NCBI GenBank assembly: GCA_040901465.1
Contig: JBBDYN010000026.1
Span: forward strand, 44,380 to 108,379
Origin: Xanthobacteraceae bacterium
Lineage (GTDB): Bacteria; Pseudomonadota; Alphaproteobacteria; Rhizobiales; Xanthobacteraceae
Direction: 5' to 3'
Length of the DNA stretch: 64,000 nucleotides
The position numbers and the translations under genes are program-made. The first letter of the stretch is position 1; each line of letters begins with the position of its first letter. Under the pieces are notes generated by a model that did no database searches, had not been told where the DNA came from, and saw nothing but the letters and a program-made list of their open reading frames with translations. Positions 1 through 9,940 of this stretch are shown one piece after another.

Positions 1-1
1 C

Positions 2-403
2 CGGCGATTGATCTCGCAGGCGCTGACTAATCTGCTCAAAAATGCGGCCGAGGCAATCAACGCGGTGCCGACGGCCGAGCGCGGCAAGGGCCGCGTTGTT
101 ATTCGCGCAAAGGTCGACGGCGACACGGCAATCATCGACGTCATCGACAATGGCGCCGGCCTGCCGAGCGAAAATCGGGAGCGCTTGCTCGAGCCCTATG
201 TGACGACGCGCGAGAAAGGCACGGGCTTGGGGCTCGCGATCGTTGCGAAGATTTTCGAGGATCACGGCGGGCGGATCGAGTTGCATGACGCGGCGGAACG
301 CGGCGAAGCCGAGCGCGGAGCTTGGGTGTGCGCGATGTTTTCGATCAAGGGCAATCCGGCCGCAAATGAAGAGGCAGTCGGTGCTGGCGTCTCAGCAGGT
401 TGA
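2..403 (+). CDS. ntrY: Sensor histidine kinase NtrY, C-terminal fragment (5' end lies outside the window)
   Basis: The ORF is open to the window edge. It has HATPase_c motifs ([27 protein letters not shown]). Its stop lies 3 nt before the ntrX start, which is the conserved ntrYX arrangement. Confidence 0.8.
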   Translation, partial: RRLISQALTNLLKNAAEAINAVPTAERGKGRVVIRAKVDGDTAIIDVIDNGAGLPSENRERLLEPYVTTREKGTGLGLAIVAKIFEDHGGRIELHDAAERGEAERGAWVCAMFSIKGNPAANEEAVGAGVSAG

Positions 404-406
404 GCC

Positions 407-1783
407 ATGGCCACGGATATTCTGATTGTGGACGACGAAGCCGACATCCGGGAACTCGTATCGGGCATCCTGGAGGATGAAGGCTATGCGGTACGCACCG
501 CGAAGGACGCAGAGGATGCGCTCGCCGCGATCGGCGCGCGACGGCCGAACTTGCTGCTGCTCGACATCTGGCTCGAAGGCAGCCGGCTCGACGGGCTCGC
601 GCTCTTGGACGTGGTCAAGGGCCAGCATCCCGATCTTCCGGTGGTGATGATTTCCGGCCATGGCACGATCGAGACCGCGGTCGCCGCGATCAAACGCGGT
701 GCTTACGATTTCATTGAAAAGCCCTTCAACGCCGACCGGCTGGTCGTCGTGGCGAGCCGGGCGCTGGAGACACTGCGGCTGCGGCGCGAAATCCGCTCGC
801 TGAAGCAACTCGCTCCGCATGCGCAAAAGCTCGTTGGCTCGTCGCCCACGGTCAATCAATTGCGGCAGACAATCGAGCGGGTTGGCCCGACGAACAGCCG
901 AATTCTCATCATTGGGCCGTCGGGCGCGGGCAAGGAGCTGTGCGCGCGCATGATCCACGGCAGTTCGGCGCGGGCGGAGGGTCCGTTCGTCGTGATCAAT
1001 GCGGCAGCGATCACACCCGATCGCATGGAAGCGGAATTGTTCGGTGTCGAGGCGAACGGCGCTTCACGCAAGGTCGGCGCTCTCGAGGAAGCAGACGGGG
1101 GCACGCTCTTCATCGACGAAGTCGCGGACATGCCGCTCGAAACGCAAAATCGTATCCTGCGCGTGCTCACGGAGCAGAGCTTTCAGCGCGTCGGCGGTAC
1201 GACGAAGGTGCACGTCGATGTGCGGATCATCTCTTCGACCAGCCACAACCTCGAAGCCGAGGTCGCGGCCGGCCGGCTGCGACAGGACCTCTATCATCGC
1301 CTGAGCGTGGTCCCGATCCGAGTCCCGCCACTTTCCGAGCGGCGGGAGGACATTCCGGAACTTGTCGAGTATTTCCTGGACCAGATTTCCGGCACGACGG
1401 GCCTGCCGCGGCGCAAGATGGGCGATGACGCGCTCGCGGTGCTGCAATCGCATGATTGGCCCGGCAACATCAGGCAATTGCGCAACAACGTAGAGCGGCT
1501 ACTGATCCTTGCCGGTGGCGACGCTGACGCGACGGTGACGGCGGCCATGCTTCCACCCGATGTCGGCTCGCTGGTCCCGAACATGCCGAACGGGGCAGGC
1601 GGCGAGCATTTGATGAGCTTGCCACTGCGCGAGGCGCGCGAGATGTTCGAACGCGAATACCTCATCGCCCAGATCAACCGCTTCGGCGGCAATATCTCGC
1701 GGACGGCGGAGTTCGTGGGCATGGAGCGCTCGGCCCTGCACCGCAAGCTCAAGGCGCTCGGCATCGAAGATCGGCCGCGCTGA
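407..1783 (+). CDS. ntrX: Sigma-54-family response regulator NtrX
   Basis: 458 aa. It has a receiver domain (ILIVDDE...LLLLDIWL), an AAA+ core with GPSGAGKE and GTLFIDEV, and a C-terminal Fis-type HTH. The GAFTGA loop is degenerate (GVEANGASRKVG), as expected for NtrX rather than NtrC. Confidence 0.9.
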   Translation: MATDILIVDDEADIRELVSGILEDEGYAVRTAKDAEDALAAIGARRPNLLLLDIWLEGSRLDGLALLDVVKGQHPDLPVVMISGHGTIETAVAAIKRGAYDFIEKPFNADRLVVVASRALETLRLRREIRSLKQLAPHAQKLVGSSPTVNQLRQTIERVGPTNSRILIIGPSGAGKELCARMIHGSSARAEGPFVVINAAAITPDRMEAELFGVEANGASRKVGALEEADGGTLFIDEVADMPLETQNRILRVLTEQSFQRVGGTTKVHVDVRIISSTSHNLEAEVAAGRLRQDLYHRLSVVPIRVPPLSERREDIPELVEYFLDQISGTTGLPRRKMGDDALAVLQSHDWPGNIRQLRNNVERLLILAGGDADATVTAAMLPPDVGSLVPNMPNGAGGEHLMSLPLREAREMFEREYLIAQINRFGGNISRTAEFVGMERSALHRKLKALGIEDRPR

Positions 1784-1795
1784 GAGACAATTTCC

Positions 1796-2656
1796 ATGTC
1801 GCGCGTCGCCTACGTGAACGGCCGCTACCTCCCGCATGCGCTCGCGAAAGTGCATGTGGAAGATCGCGGCTATCAGTTCTCTGATGGCGTTTACGAAGTG
1901 TGCGAGGTGAGGGAAGGGCGCCTTGTGGACGAGCGGCGCCACCTCGAACGGCTCGAACGTTCGCTAGCAGAAATTCGAATGAAGCCGCCGATGTCCCCAG
2001 CGGCGCTGCGCGTCGTATTGCACGAGACGCTGCGGCGGAATCGGGTGTGCGACGGGCTGCTCTATTTGCAGGTAACGCGCGGCGTCGCGCGGCGCGACCA
2101 CGCCTTCCCGCCGCCCGGGACCAAACCGGGTCTCGTCGTCACCGCCAAGTCAATCGATCGCGCCAAGCTCGAAGCCCAGGCCGAGACTGGCATTTCCGTG
2201 ATTACGGTGCCGGACAATCGCTGGGAGCGGGTAGATATCAAGACGATCTCGCTCCTGCCGAATGTGCTCGCGCGGCAGGCGGCGCGCGATCAGGGGGCGC
2301 GCGAAGCCTGGTTCGTGGATCGCGACGGTTTCGTCACCGAAGGATCGTCGAGCAACGCTTGGATCGTCAGCAAGGACGGCGCGATCGTGACGCGGCCGGC
2401 AACACCGGGCATCCTCAAGGGAATAACGCGGACCGTTGCGCTGGAAGTCGCCGCCCAACAGGGGCTGCGTATCGAGGAGCGGCGCTTCACGGCCGAAGAA
2501 GCCCAAGCCGCGCGCGAAACATTTCTGACCGCCGCCACGCAAATCGTGATGCCGGTCGTGGAAATCGACGGTCAAAAAGTCGGCGATGGCCGGCCCGGCC
2601 CGGTCGCGCGCGCCCTGCGCGCCAAATTTCACGAAGTGGCCGAAATCGGAATGTGA
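1796..2656 (+). CDS. Class IV (D-amino-acid / branched-chain) aminotransferase
   Basis: 286 aa. The N-terminus YVNGRY...VHVEDRGYQFSDGVYE and the later ...GSSSNAW...GILKGITR pattern are typical of fold-type IV PLP aminotransferases. Confidence 0.85.
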   Translation: MSRVAYVNGRYLPHALAKVHVEDRGYQFSDGVYEVCEVREGRLVDERRHLERLERSLAEIRMKPPMSPAALRVVLHETLRRNRVCDGLLYLQVTRGVARRDHAFPPPGTKPGLVVTAKSIDRAKLEAQAETGISVITVPDNRWERVDIKTISLLPNVLARQAARDQGAREAWFVDRDGFVTEGSSSNAWIVSKDGAIVTRPATPGILKGITRTVALEVAAQQGLRIEERRFTAEEAQAARETFLTAATQIVMPVVEIDGQKVGDGRPGPVARALRAKFHEVAEIGM

Positions 2657-2839
2657 TTGCCGGCTAGCTCGTCGCCTAGGTCCTTATAAAGATGCACATA
2701 AGTGTGTCTTGCCTAGCGGCTATCGTCTGCCGTCTAATGCTCATCGTCTCGCGCGGTTTGGGCCGCGCAGGGGCGCCACGGATCCAGGGGTGCGTGGAAA
2801 AGAATCGCTTGGCCGACAAAAAAAGAAGGAATGACGGCA

Positions 2840-3100
2840 ATGGCGGCGGATAGAGCCCAGAATCTCCAAGACACGTTCCTCAACCACGTCCGCAAGAACA
2901 AAACTCCGCTCACGATCTTTCTCGTGAACGGGGTGAAGCTGCAGGGCGTGGTGACCTGGTTCGATAATTTTTGCGTATTGCTGCGACGGGACGGACATTC
3001 GCAGCTCGTGTACAAGCACGCGATTTCCACCGTGATGCCAGGTCATCCGATCCAGTTGTTCGAGCCGGCCGACGAAGCGGCGGCGGCAGACAAGGTCTAG
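2840..3100 (+). CDS. hfq: RNA chaperone Hfq
   Basis: The Sm motif [39 protein letters not shown]...[10 protein letters not shown] is present. A GAAGGA Shine-Dalgarno at 2825-2830 is well spaced for the ATG at 2840. The ORF track starts at the in-frame ATG at 2831, which sits too close to the SD. Confidence 0.95.
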   Translation: MAADRAQNLQDTFLNHVRKNKTPLTIFLVNGVKLQGVVTWFDNFCVLLRRDGHSQLVYKHAISTVMPGHPIQLFEPADEAAAADKV

Positions 3101-4489
3101 TTGGAACCTCGGCGCGTAACCGCTCTCACGAAGAAGGGCGACACGAAGACCGGCGGCAGGGCGACCCGTTCGGGATCGCCTGAGCGCGCCGTTGTGATCG
3201 TCCCCGCTCTCACGCGGCGGGCAAGGACGGCGGGCGATAGCGGACGCGGCATCGAGGCAAGGCTCGAAGAGGCGATCGGGCTCGCGCGGGCGATCGATCT
3301 GCATGTGGCAAGCGCCGGGATCGTGCCGCTGTCCGCGGTCCGGCCGGCAACCTTCCTCGGCAAAGGCAAGGTCGAGGAGATTGCCGGCCTCGTGCGAGCC
3401 GAGGAGGCGGGCCTCGTCTTCGTGGACACCGCTCTCAGCCCGGTACAGCAGCGCAATCTGGAAAAGGCCTGGAGCGCGAAGGTCGTCGACCGCACCGGCT
3501 TGATCCTGGAGATTTTCGGGGCGCGGGCGCATACGCGCGAAGGCGCGCTGCAGGTCGAGCTTGCGCACCTCAACTATCAGAAGAGCCGGCTCGTGCGTTC
3601 CTGGACCCACCTGGAGCGCCAACGCGGCGGCTTCGGCTTCCTCGGCGGTCCGGGCGAGACGCAGATCGAGGCGGATCGGCGCATGATCGCCGAGCGTATC
3701 AAACGCATCGAGCGCGAGCTGGAAGGTGTGAAGAAGACGCGCGATCTGCACCGGAAGGACAGGCGGCGCGTGCCGTATCCGATTGTGGCGCTCGTCGGCT
3801 ACACGAACGCGGGCAAGTCGACGCTGTTCAATCGGCTGACATCGGCGACGGTGCGGGCTGAGAATCAACTGTTCGCGACGCTCGATCCGACCCTGCGCGC
3901 GGCGGCTCTTCCACACGGGGCGCGGGCGATCTTCTCGGACACTGTCGGGTTCATTTCCGAACTTCCTACGCTTCTGATTGCGGCGTTCCGCGCGACGCTG
4001 GAAGAAGTGATTGAGGCCGATGTGATCGCGCACGTGCGCGACGTGGCGCACGAAGACACGGAAGCGCAGGCGAAAGATGTCGCCGGAATCCTGAGCGCGC
4101 TTGGCGTCGATGCCGAGGACACGCAGAAGATCATCGAGGTCTGGAACAAGATCGATTTGCTCGACGAAGAGGGACGCGAGCGCATCAGAAATACCGCGGT
4201 GCGGCGGCCGGAAGATACGCGGCCGGTGTTGATTTCGGCGGTGACCGGGGAGGGGATACCCGACCTCCTCGACGCGATCGAAGCGCGGGTGACCGCTGGC
4301 CGTCCGACTCTCTCGCTCGATCTCGATCCCGCTGACGGCGCGGGGCTCGGCTGGCTGCACCGGCAGACCGAAGTGTTGTCACGTGAACTCGACGAGCGCG
4401 GGCGGCTTGCGGTGACGGTGCGCGTCGATCCGAGCAAGGTCGCCGAGGTGCGGCGGAAATTCACCGGAGCAGTGAAATCGGTCGCCTGA
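3101..4489 (+). CDS. hflX: GTPase HflX
   Basis: It follows hfq directly. It has the HflX N-domain (FLGKGKVEE...), a G-domain with GYTNAGKST (G1), DTVGF (G3) and NKID (G4). The start is taken as TTG immediately after the hfq stop; the exact start is uncertain. Confidence 0.9.
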   Translation: MEPRRVTALTKKGDTKTGGRATRSGSPERAVVIVPALTRRARTAGDSGRGIEARLEEAIGLARAIDLHVASAGIVPLSAVRPATFLGKGKVEEIAGLVRAEEAGLVFVDTALSPVQQRNLEKAWSAKVVDRTGLILEIFGARAHTREGALQVELAHLNYQKSRLVRSWTHLERQRGGFGFLGGPGETQIEADRRMIAERIKRIERELEGVKKTRDLHRKDRRRVPYPIVALVGYTNAGKSTLFNRLTSATVRAENQLFATLDPTLRAAALPHGARAIFSDTVGFISELPTLLIAAFRATLEEVIEADVIAHVRDVAHEDTEAQAKDVAGILSALGVDAEDTQKIIEVWNKIDLLDEEGRERIRNTAVRRPEDTRPVLISAVTGEGIPDLLDAIEARVTAGRPTLSLDLDPADGAGLGWLHRQTEVLSRELDERGRLAVTVRVDPSKVAEVRRKFTGAVKSVA

Positions 4490-4583
4490 CCCTCGCACAC
4501 AAGAGAGGCCGCAGACGTGGCTATCACTCAGAGATTCTTAGGATACTATGTCGCTCGCTTGATCGGCCTCCGGGGAAGGAAGC

Positions 4584-6170
4584 ATGTGGTTACGAAGGCG
4601 CCTTGTTGCAACGGCGATGTTCTTAGCTTTGGCCACCTTCGTCGGCCTGACGCCCGTCTCGGCCGACGACTTTGAGACCTGCGCGAAATCGTCCGGCGAC
4701 GTTGCGATCGCAGCGTGTACGCGCGCGATCGCATCCGGCAAGTACAAAGGCAGCAATCTCTCGACGCTGCATAACAATCTTGGCGCAGAGTGGCTCGGCA
4801 AGCGCGATTATAACCGTGCGATTGCGGACTTCGACAAGGCAGTCGCACTTGATCCGAAGCTCGGACTCGCGTTGCAAAATCGCGCGACGGCCTACCACAA
4901 CAAGGGCGACTATGAGCGGGCAATTGCAGACTACGACAGGGCCTTGCCACTGGCTTCCGCCGCCGGCAAGGGGAACATTCGTTTCAATCGTCTAACTGCT
5001 CTTGTCGAGTTGAAGCGCTATGCGCCGGCCGCGGTCGATTTGATCACGTTGGCAAAGGAATTTCCGAAGGAAATCCAATCCGTTCAGCTGCGCAAAATCT
5101 ATTTGGTCATCAATTATTTGCGCGAGCAGAACCGCAACGAGGACGCGCTCGCGATCCTGCTATGGCTGAAGAAGGCGGATTATCGCGGCCCCGGACCTGT
5201 TTCGTCGGGCGATGGCCTCAATCCGTTGCTGATCGGCCAATACGTACGATTGAAGAGGGTCGATGAGGCGGCTCCCTATATTGCCGAACTCTCTCGATAC
5301 ACGAACCTGCTGCAACTGGTTGCCGACAAGGAGAACGAGCCGCTTTGGGCGAGCGCAAAAGTTCAGGCGGTCTTGCAGCTGCAGGATTTTCCGGCGCGGC
5401 AATTGGCGGCCGCGCAGAAGTTGACCGTGCAAAATCCCAAAGCACTTTCCATCGTCTACGATCTGGTGAATTCGTTGCGCTTGAACGGGCGCTATGCGGA
5501 GGCCGCGAAAGTAGGGCAGGAGGCACTCAACAATCTGGCGGGGTACGACAAGAGCGCCGAGCGTGAGGCGTGGCTTCGCAATGCAATCGCCGACGCGCTC
5601 ATAGCCCAGGGCCGGTTCGACGATGCCAACTCAATCTTGCAGCCGCTGCTGAACATGGACGTCAAAACAAACAGCTTCCTCGTCAATCAGTTCATCAATC
5701 TCGGGGGCTTGTTGCTCGATCAAGGCCGCTACCGGGAGGCCATGGAGACGGCGCAGAAGGCACACGGGTCCTCGAGCCGCTACGGCGAGAAGTTCATCCA
5801 GATGGTCTCCGTCTGCGCCATGTCGCGCACCGGAAGAGCGGCCGAAGCGGAAACGTTAATGACCGAAATGCTCAAAGCGCCGGACGAGAATCATGGCGCC
5901 ACCTTGGATGCGCTCATGTGCCTCAAGCGCGAGGACGAGACCGCCGCGCTCATCATCAAAATGCTGCAATCCGAGGAAGGACGCTGGTCGGTACTGGAGG
6001 GGCTTCAGGACTGCCGCGAGAATCCAAACCGCCCGGCATTTGCGCGTGAGCTGAGGGCGGTGGTGGCCAAGGTTCGCGACCGGCCAGAAGTGCGTAAGGC
6101 GATTGATCAGGTCGGAAAAGTTCTCGCAGAGCCGGTGGCTTGCGGCGACCGTTACGGCGCGTTCGGTTGA
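4584..6170 (+). CDS. Secreted TPR-repeat protein
   Basis: 528 aa. It has an N-terminal signal-like segment (LVATAMFLALATFVGLTPVSA) and several TPR-like repeats (YNRAIADFDKAVALDPK..., YERAIADYDRAL). The C-terminal two thirds are unassigned. Confidence 0.7.
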   Translation: MWLRRRLVATAMFLALATFVGLTPVSADDFETCAKSSGDVAIAACTRAIASGKYKGSNLSTLHNNLGAEWLGKRDYNRAIADFDKAVALDPKLGLALQNRATAYHNKGDYERAIADYDRALPLASAAGKGNIRFNRLTALVELKRYAPAAVDLITLAKEFPKEIQSVQLRKIYLVINYLREQNRNEDALAILLWLKKADYRGPGPVSSGDGLNPLLIGQYVRLKRVDEAAPYIAELSRYTNLLQLVADKENEPLWASAKVQAVLQLQDFPARQLAAAQKLTVQNPKALSIVYDLVNSLRLNGRYAEAAKVGQEALNNLAGYDKSAEREAWLRNAIADALIAQGRFDDANSILQPLLNMDVKTNSFLVNQFINLGGLLLDQGRYREAMETAQKAHGSSSRYGEKFIQMVSVCAMSRTGRAAEAETLMTEMLKAPDENHGATLDALMCLKREDETAALIIKMLQSEEGRWSVLEGLQDCRENPNRPAFARELRAVVAKVRDRPEVRKAIDQVGKVLAEPVACGDRYGAFG

Positions 6171-6179
6171 ACGGCGTCG

Positions 6180-6980
6180 TCAGCGGCCGCGTTCCTTCGC
6201 CTTCGCCTCGTTCCAGAGCGCGTCCATCTCAGCCAGGCTCGCGTCCTGCGGCGCCCGGCCTTGCGCCTCGAGCGCATCCTCGATCGCCGCGAAGCGGCGC
6301 TCGAATTTTGCGTTGGCTGCGCGCAATGCGCTCTCGGCGTCGACACCGGCGTGCCGCGCAAGGTTAACGGCGGCGAAGATCAGGTCGCCGATTTCCTCGC
6401 TCGCAGCCTTGGGATCGTCGAGCACGGGCTCGATCTCGCGCGTTTCCTCGGCGATTTTGGCGAGCACGTCCCGGGCGTTGTTCCAGTCGAAGCCGACCTT
6501 GCCGGCTTTCTCCTGCAGCTTCTGGGCGCGCGTGAGCGCCGGCAGCGCCACCGGCACGCTGTCCAGCGCGCGCCGCTTTCCGGTTTCGCCGCGCGCGGCG
6601 CGTTCCTGATCCTTAATTTGGCTCCAGAGCGCCTTGACCTCATCCAGAGTGAAGCGCCCGGCCTCGCCGAATACGTGCGGATGCCGGCGCAAGAGTTTTT
6701 CGGTGATGGCATGCACGACGTCGCCGAAATCGAAACGGCCTTGCTCCTCGGCCATGCGCGCGTGAAAGACGACCTGAAGCAATAGATCGCCGAGTTCGTC
6801 CGTGAGCCCGCGGTGGAGATCGCCGCGCGCGATTGCGTCGGCGACCTCGTAGGCCTCCTCAACGGTGTAGGGCGCGATCGTCTCGAAGCTCTGTTCCAGA
6901 TCCCATGGGCATCCTGTGCCGGGCGTGCGCAGGCGCGCCATGATTTCGATCAGCCGGGAAATGTCGCGGGAGGCTTCCAT
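6180..6980 (-). CDS. mazG: Nucleoside triphosphate pyrophosphohydrolase MazG
   Basis: 266 aa with two MazG domains: CPWDLEQSFETIAPYTVEEAYEVADAI and ...EIGDLIFAAVNLARH. Confidence 0.9.
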   Translation of the reverse strand: MEASRDISRLIEIMARLRTPGTGCPWDLEQSFETIAPYTVEEAYEVADAIARGDLHRGLTDELGDLLLQVVFHARMAEEQGRFDFGDVVHAITEKLLRRHPHVFGEAGRFTLDEVKALWSQIKDQERAARGETGKRRALDSVPVALPALTRAQKLQEKAGKVGFDWNNARDVLAKIAEETREIEPVLDDPKAASEEIGDLIFAAVNLARHAGVDAESALRAANAKFERRFAAIEDALEAQGRAPQDASLAEMDALWNEAKAKERGR

Positions 6981-7456
6981 GGGGGCTCGTACTCGGCGCT
7001 ATGGACTTCGGCAGGGCTCATAGCAGACCGCGACGTCGGAAGTGTCTCGGGGGCCTGCGGACGTGTTCGCTCGGGATTGGCGGTAAACCGGGCCACATGC
7101 CTAGTTGGCTTAGATGCATGATTCGCAGAAGACATATTATGGAATATCTTTATCGGCCGGGCGCCAATGGTAGTGGCGGAATATCGAAAGGCCCCTGTTT
7201 TGTGCGGCCTTTCAGAGCCGATCGCAGCCCCGCTTGAAGTGCTGTCGTACGCGCCGGACGGCTCGATTTTCGAGATGGTGCGGGGTTCGGTCTGGCCAAT
7301 GCATGGCGCCGATGCCGGCCGGGCTGGCATCCGGCGCGATTGCCTTCCCCGCCAACGCAGTGCTCGCGATTATTCAAATTTGAGCGATTTGCCGCCGTGG
7401 ATTTTAACGACCCCGTGCCACTTTGCCGCGCACCGAGAACGGGCGGGCGCAACTCA

Positions 7457-9115
7457 ATGCCGATGGACGGGACGCCAACACGTCGCGCAAGGCTGCGCTG
7501 GCTCTTGGTCCTGATCGTCCTGATGGCGGTCACGCCGGTCTTTGCACTTTATCTTCTGCGGCTCCAGTCGGACAGCGAGGCCGCGCTTCTGCAGGCCCAC
7601 GAACGCGCTGCCACCCTCGCGCAAGCAGGGGCTAACGCGCACAAGCAGATTGGGGACCAAGCGCGGCATCTCCTGGAGGTGCTCGGGCAAGTTCCTGTAG
7701 TACGCACCGCGCAGCTGCCTGAATGCGAAAGCTTCCTCAAATGGATTCACCAAGGCCGCGATTGGGTCACCGGAATTTTTGTGGTCGATGCGAAGGGCAA
7801 GGGCATATGCGGCGCCAGCCCGATCGTGCGCACGCTCGATGTGAGCGACCGCGGCTATTATCGCGATGCCGTCAAGACGCGGCAGTTCGTCATCAGCGAC
7901 GTAATCACGGGGCGGATATCGAATAGCCTGATCGTGGCCGCGGCACTGCCGTTCTATAGCGTCAAGGGCGAACTCGAGATGATCATCGGTCTCACGGTCG
8001 GCTTGCCGTGGATCAACCAGGTCGCGGCGGAAGCGAGCGTGAAGTTCGGCGGCGTCCTGATTGCGCTCGACGGCAAGGGCCGCGTGGTCGCTTATCAGCC
8101 TGAACCGCCGCCGGATTGGATGCTTGGCGGCTTGAGCGACAGTCCGCTCGTGAAGACGATCATCAATTCCAACGCAACGACGTTCGAGGCGCAAGACTCT
8201 GCGGGCGTGCGCAGGATTTTCGGTGTCGCCCGGCTGCCGAATTCCGGCATCACCGTCGCCGTTGGTCTCAATCGGGCGGAGGTGCTCGGACCGATCGATC
8301 GCAATTTTCTGATTGACCTCTTGTTCCTGTTCCTGGTCGCCGCCGCTTCCATCGGGGCGGCGCTCGTGGTCGCTGAGTTTGGATTGTTGCGCGGCGTGCG
8401 CGCCCTGAAGACCGCGGCATTGCGCCTGAAGGCAGGCAAGATGGGCTTGCGCGTGCAACTGCCGGGATTTGTCGCAGCGGAGCTGCACGATCTTGCCGCC
8501 ACCTACAACGCGATGACCGCCGAGTTCGAGCGTCTCGCCTATCTCGACCGGCTCACCGGATTGCCGAACCGGCGCTATCTCGAGCGGCGTCTCACTCAAC
8601 GCGACGAGCGCGGCGAGCGGCCCCTGCCCGGCCGTCAGGCCGTGCTCGCAATCGACATCGACGGGTTCAAGCCGGTCAACGATTCTCACGGTCACGCCGT
8701 GGGCGACCGGGTGCTTGCGATCATCGCGCGGCGCATCGCGGCGGCGGTCGACGAACGCGGGCTTCTGTTCCGCGTCGGCGGTGACGAATTCGCGGCGCTC
8801 GTACCGCTTGGGCCGACGCAGGACCGCGCGGCGGCGCGCAGCCTCGGTGAAGAAGTCCGGCAGGCTATGGAGCAGGCGATCGAGATGGACGGGTTGATCT
8901 TTCCGGTCGCGTGCAGCATCGGCATTGCGCTCGTGCCCGAGGACGCCAAGACGTTGTCGGGGGCGCTCGTCGTGGCCGACGCCGCGCTTTACGAGGCGAA
9001 GCGCGCGGGCCGCAATCGAGTGGTCGACCATGCGCCGCCGCTCGCGGCCGGAATGCCCTTGGCGACGGGCGGCCAGCCGCATTGGTCCAGCGTGGAGCTC
9101 GGCGCGCCCTGGTAA
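7457..9115 (+). CDS. Membrane diguanylate cyclase (Cache-like sensor, HAMP, GGDEF)
   Basis: It has an N-terminal TM segment (LRWLLVLIVLMAV), a periplasmic Cache-like region, a second TM, HAMP, and a GGDEF domain with an intact RVGGDEFA active site. The start is taken at the ATG at 7457 just before the TM helix. The ORF track starts at 7340. Confidence 0.85.
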   Translation: MPMDGTPTRRARLRWLLVLIVLMAVTPVFALYLLRLQSDSEAALLQAHERAATLAQAGANAHKQIGDQARHLLEVLGQVPVVRTAQLPECESFLKWIHQGRDWVTGIFVVDAKGKGICGASPIVRTLDVSDRGYYRDAVKTRQFVISDVITGRISNSLIVAAALPFYSVKGELEMIIGLTVGLPWINQVAAEASVKFGGVLIALDGKGRVVAYQPEPPPDWMLGGLSDSPLVKTIINSNATTFEAQDSAGVRRIFGVARLPNSGITVAVGLNRAEVLGPIDRNFLIDLLFLFLVAAASIGAALVVAEFGLLRGVRALKTAALRLKAGKMGLRVQLPGFVAAELHDLAATYNAMTAEFERLAYLDRLTGLPNRRYLERRLTQRDERGERPLPGRQAVLAIDIDGFKPVNDSHGHAVGDRVLAIIARRIAAAVDERGLLFRVGGDEFAALVPLGPTQDRAAARSLGEEVRQAMEQAIEMDGLIFPVACSIGIALVPEDAKTLSGALVVADAALYEAKRAGRNRVVDHAPPLAAGMPLATGGQPHWSSVELGAPW

Positions 9116-9136
9116 TAAATGGCATGCTGCGACGTA

Positions 9137-9937
9137 CTACCGATCCAGTTCGATTTTCATTCCGTCAAAAGCAGGCGCCACTGCGTTCGGCAGGGCGCGT
9201 CTGAGCGTCGCGTAATCGAGATCGTTGTGTAAATTCGTCAGTACGGCGCGGTGGGGACGCACGCGCTCGATCCAGGCAAGCGATTCTTCGACCGAAAAAT
9301 GACCCGGATGCGGCCGGTAGCGCAGCGCATCGAGGATCCAGACGTCGAGATCGCGCAGCAACGCGAGGCTTTGCTCGGGCAAGCCGCTCACGTCGCAGGA
9401 ATAGGCGAGGCCGCCGAAGCGGAAGCCAAGTGTGCTGCCGCTTCCGTGCTTTTGCGCGAAGGGAAGCGCGGTGATTGCGCCACCCTCGCCTTCGATGGTG
9501 ACAGGCTCGTTGGCGCCGATGCGATGCTCTTCGAGGATCGGCGGATATTCGCCGCTTTCGGGCGATGCGAAGCAATAGCCGAAGCGAGAGCGCATGACGG
9601 CCGAGGTCTGCGCATCGAGATAGACGTCAACCCGCCGCCGGTGATGGATGAAGAAAGGGCGCAAGTCGTCGACGCCGTGGGTGTGGTCGGCGTGGTCGTG
9701 CGTGTAAAGGACGCCGTCAATCTTCGTCACGCCCGCTCCAAGCATCTGTGCGCGCAAGTCAGGCGAGGTGTCGACCAGCACCGTTGTCCGACGATCGCCT
9801 TCGATGCGCTCCACCAGCAGCGAACAGCGGCTGCGCCGGTTCTTCGGATTTGAAGGATCGCAGGCGCCCCAGCCTTGCGCGACGCGCGGGACGCCGGCCG
9901 ACGATCCGCAGCCGAGGATCGTGAAAAGCAGCGGCAT
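9137..9937 (-). CDS. MBL-fold metallo-hydrolase (PhnP-like)
   Basis: 266 aa with the HxHxDH motif (YTHDHADHTHG). It sits at the usual position downstream of tatD in alphaproteobacteria. Confidence 0.8.
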   Translation of the reverse strand: MPLLFTILGCGSSAGVPRVAQGWGACDPSNPKNRRSRCSLLVERIEGDRRTTVLVDTSPDLRAQMLGAGVTKIDGVLYTHDHADHTHGVDDLRPFFIHHRRRVDVYLDAQTSAVMRSRFGYCFASPESGEYPPILEEHRIGANEPVTIEGEGGAITALPFAQKHGSGSTLGFRFGGLAYSCDVSGLPEQSLALLRDLDVWILDALRYRPHPGHFSVEESLAWIERVRPHRAVLTNLHNDLDYATLRRALPNAVAPAFDGMKIELDR

Positions 9938-9940
9938 CGG

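Noticed and set aside
2741-4360. A 539-aa ORF on the minus strand covering hfq and hflX.
   Set aside because: It lies antisense to two strongly supported genes. Its composition is Arg/Pro/Gly/Ala-rich and low in complexity, as is typical of GC-rich shadow frames. It carries no recognisable motif.
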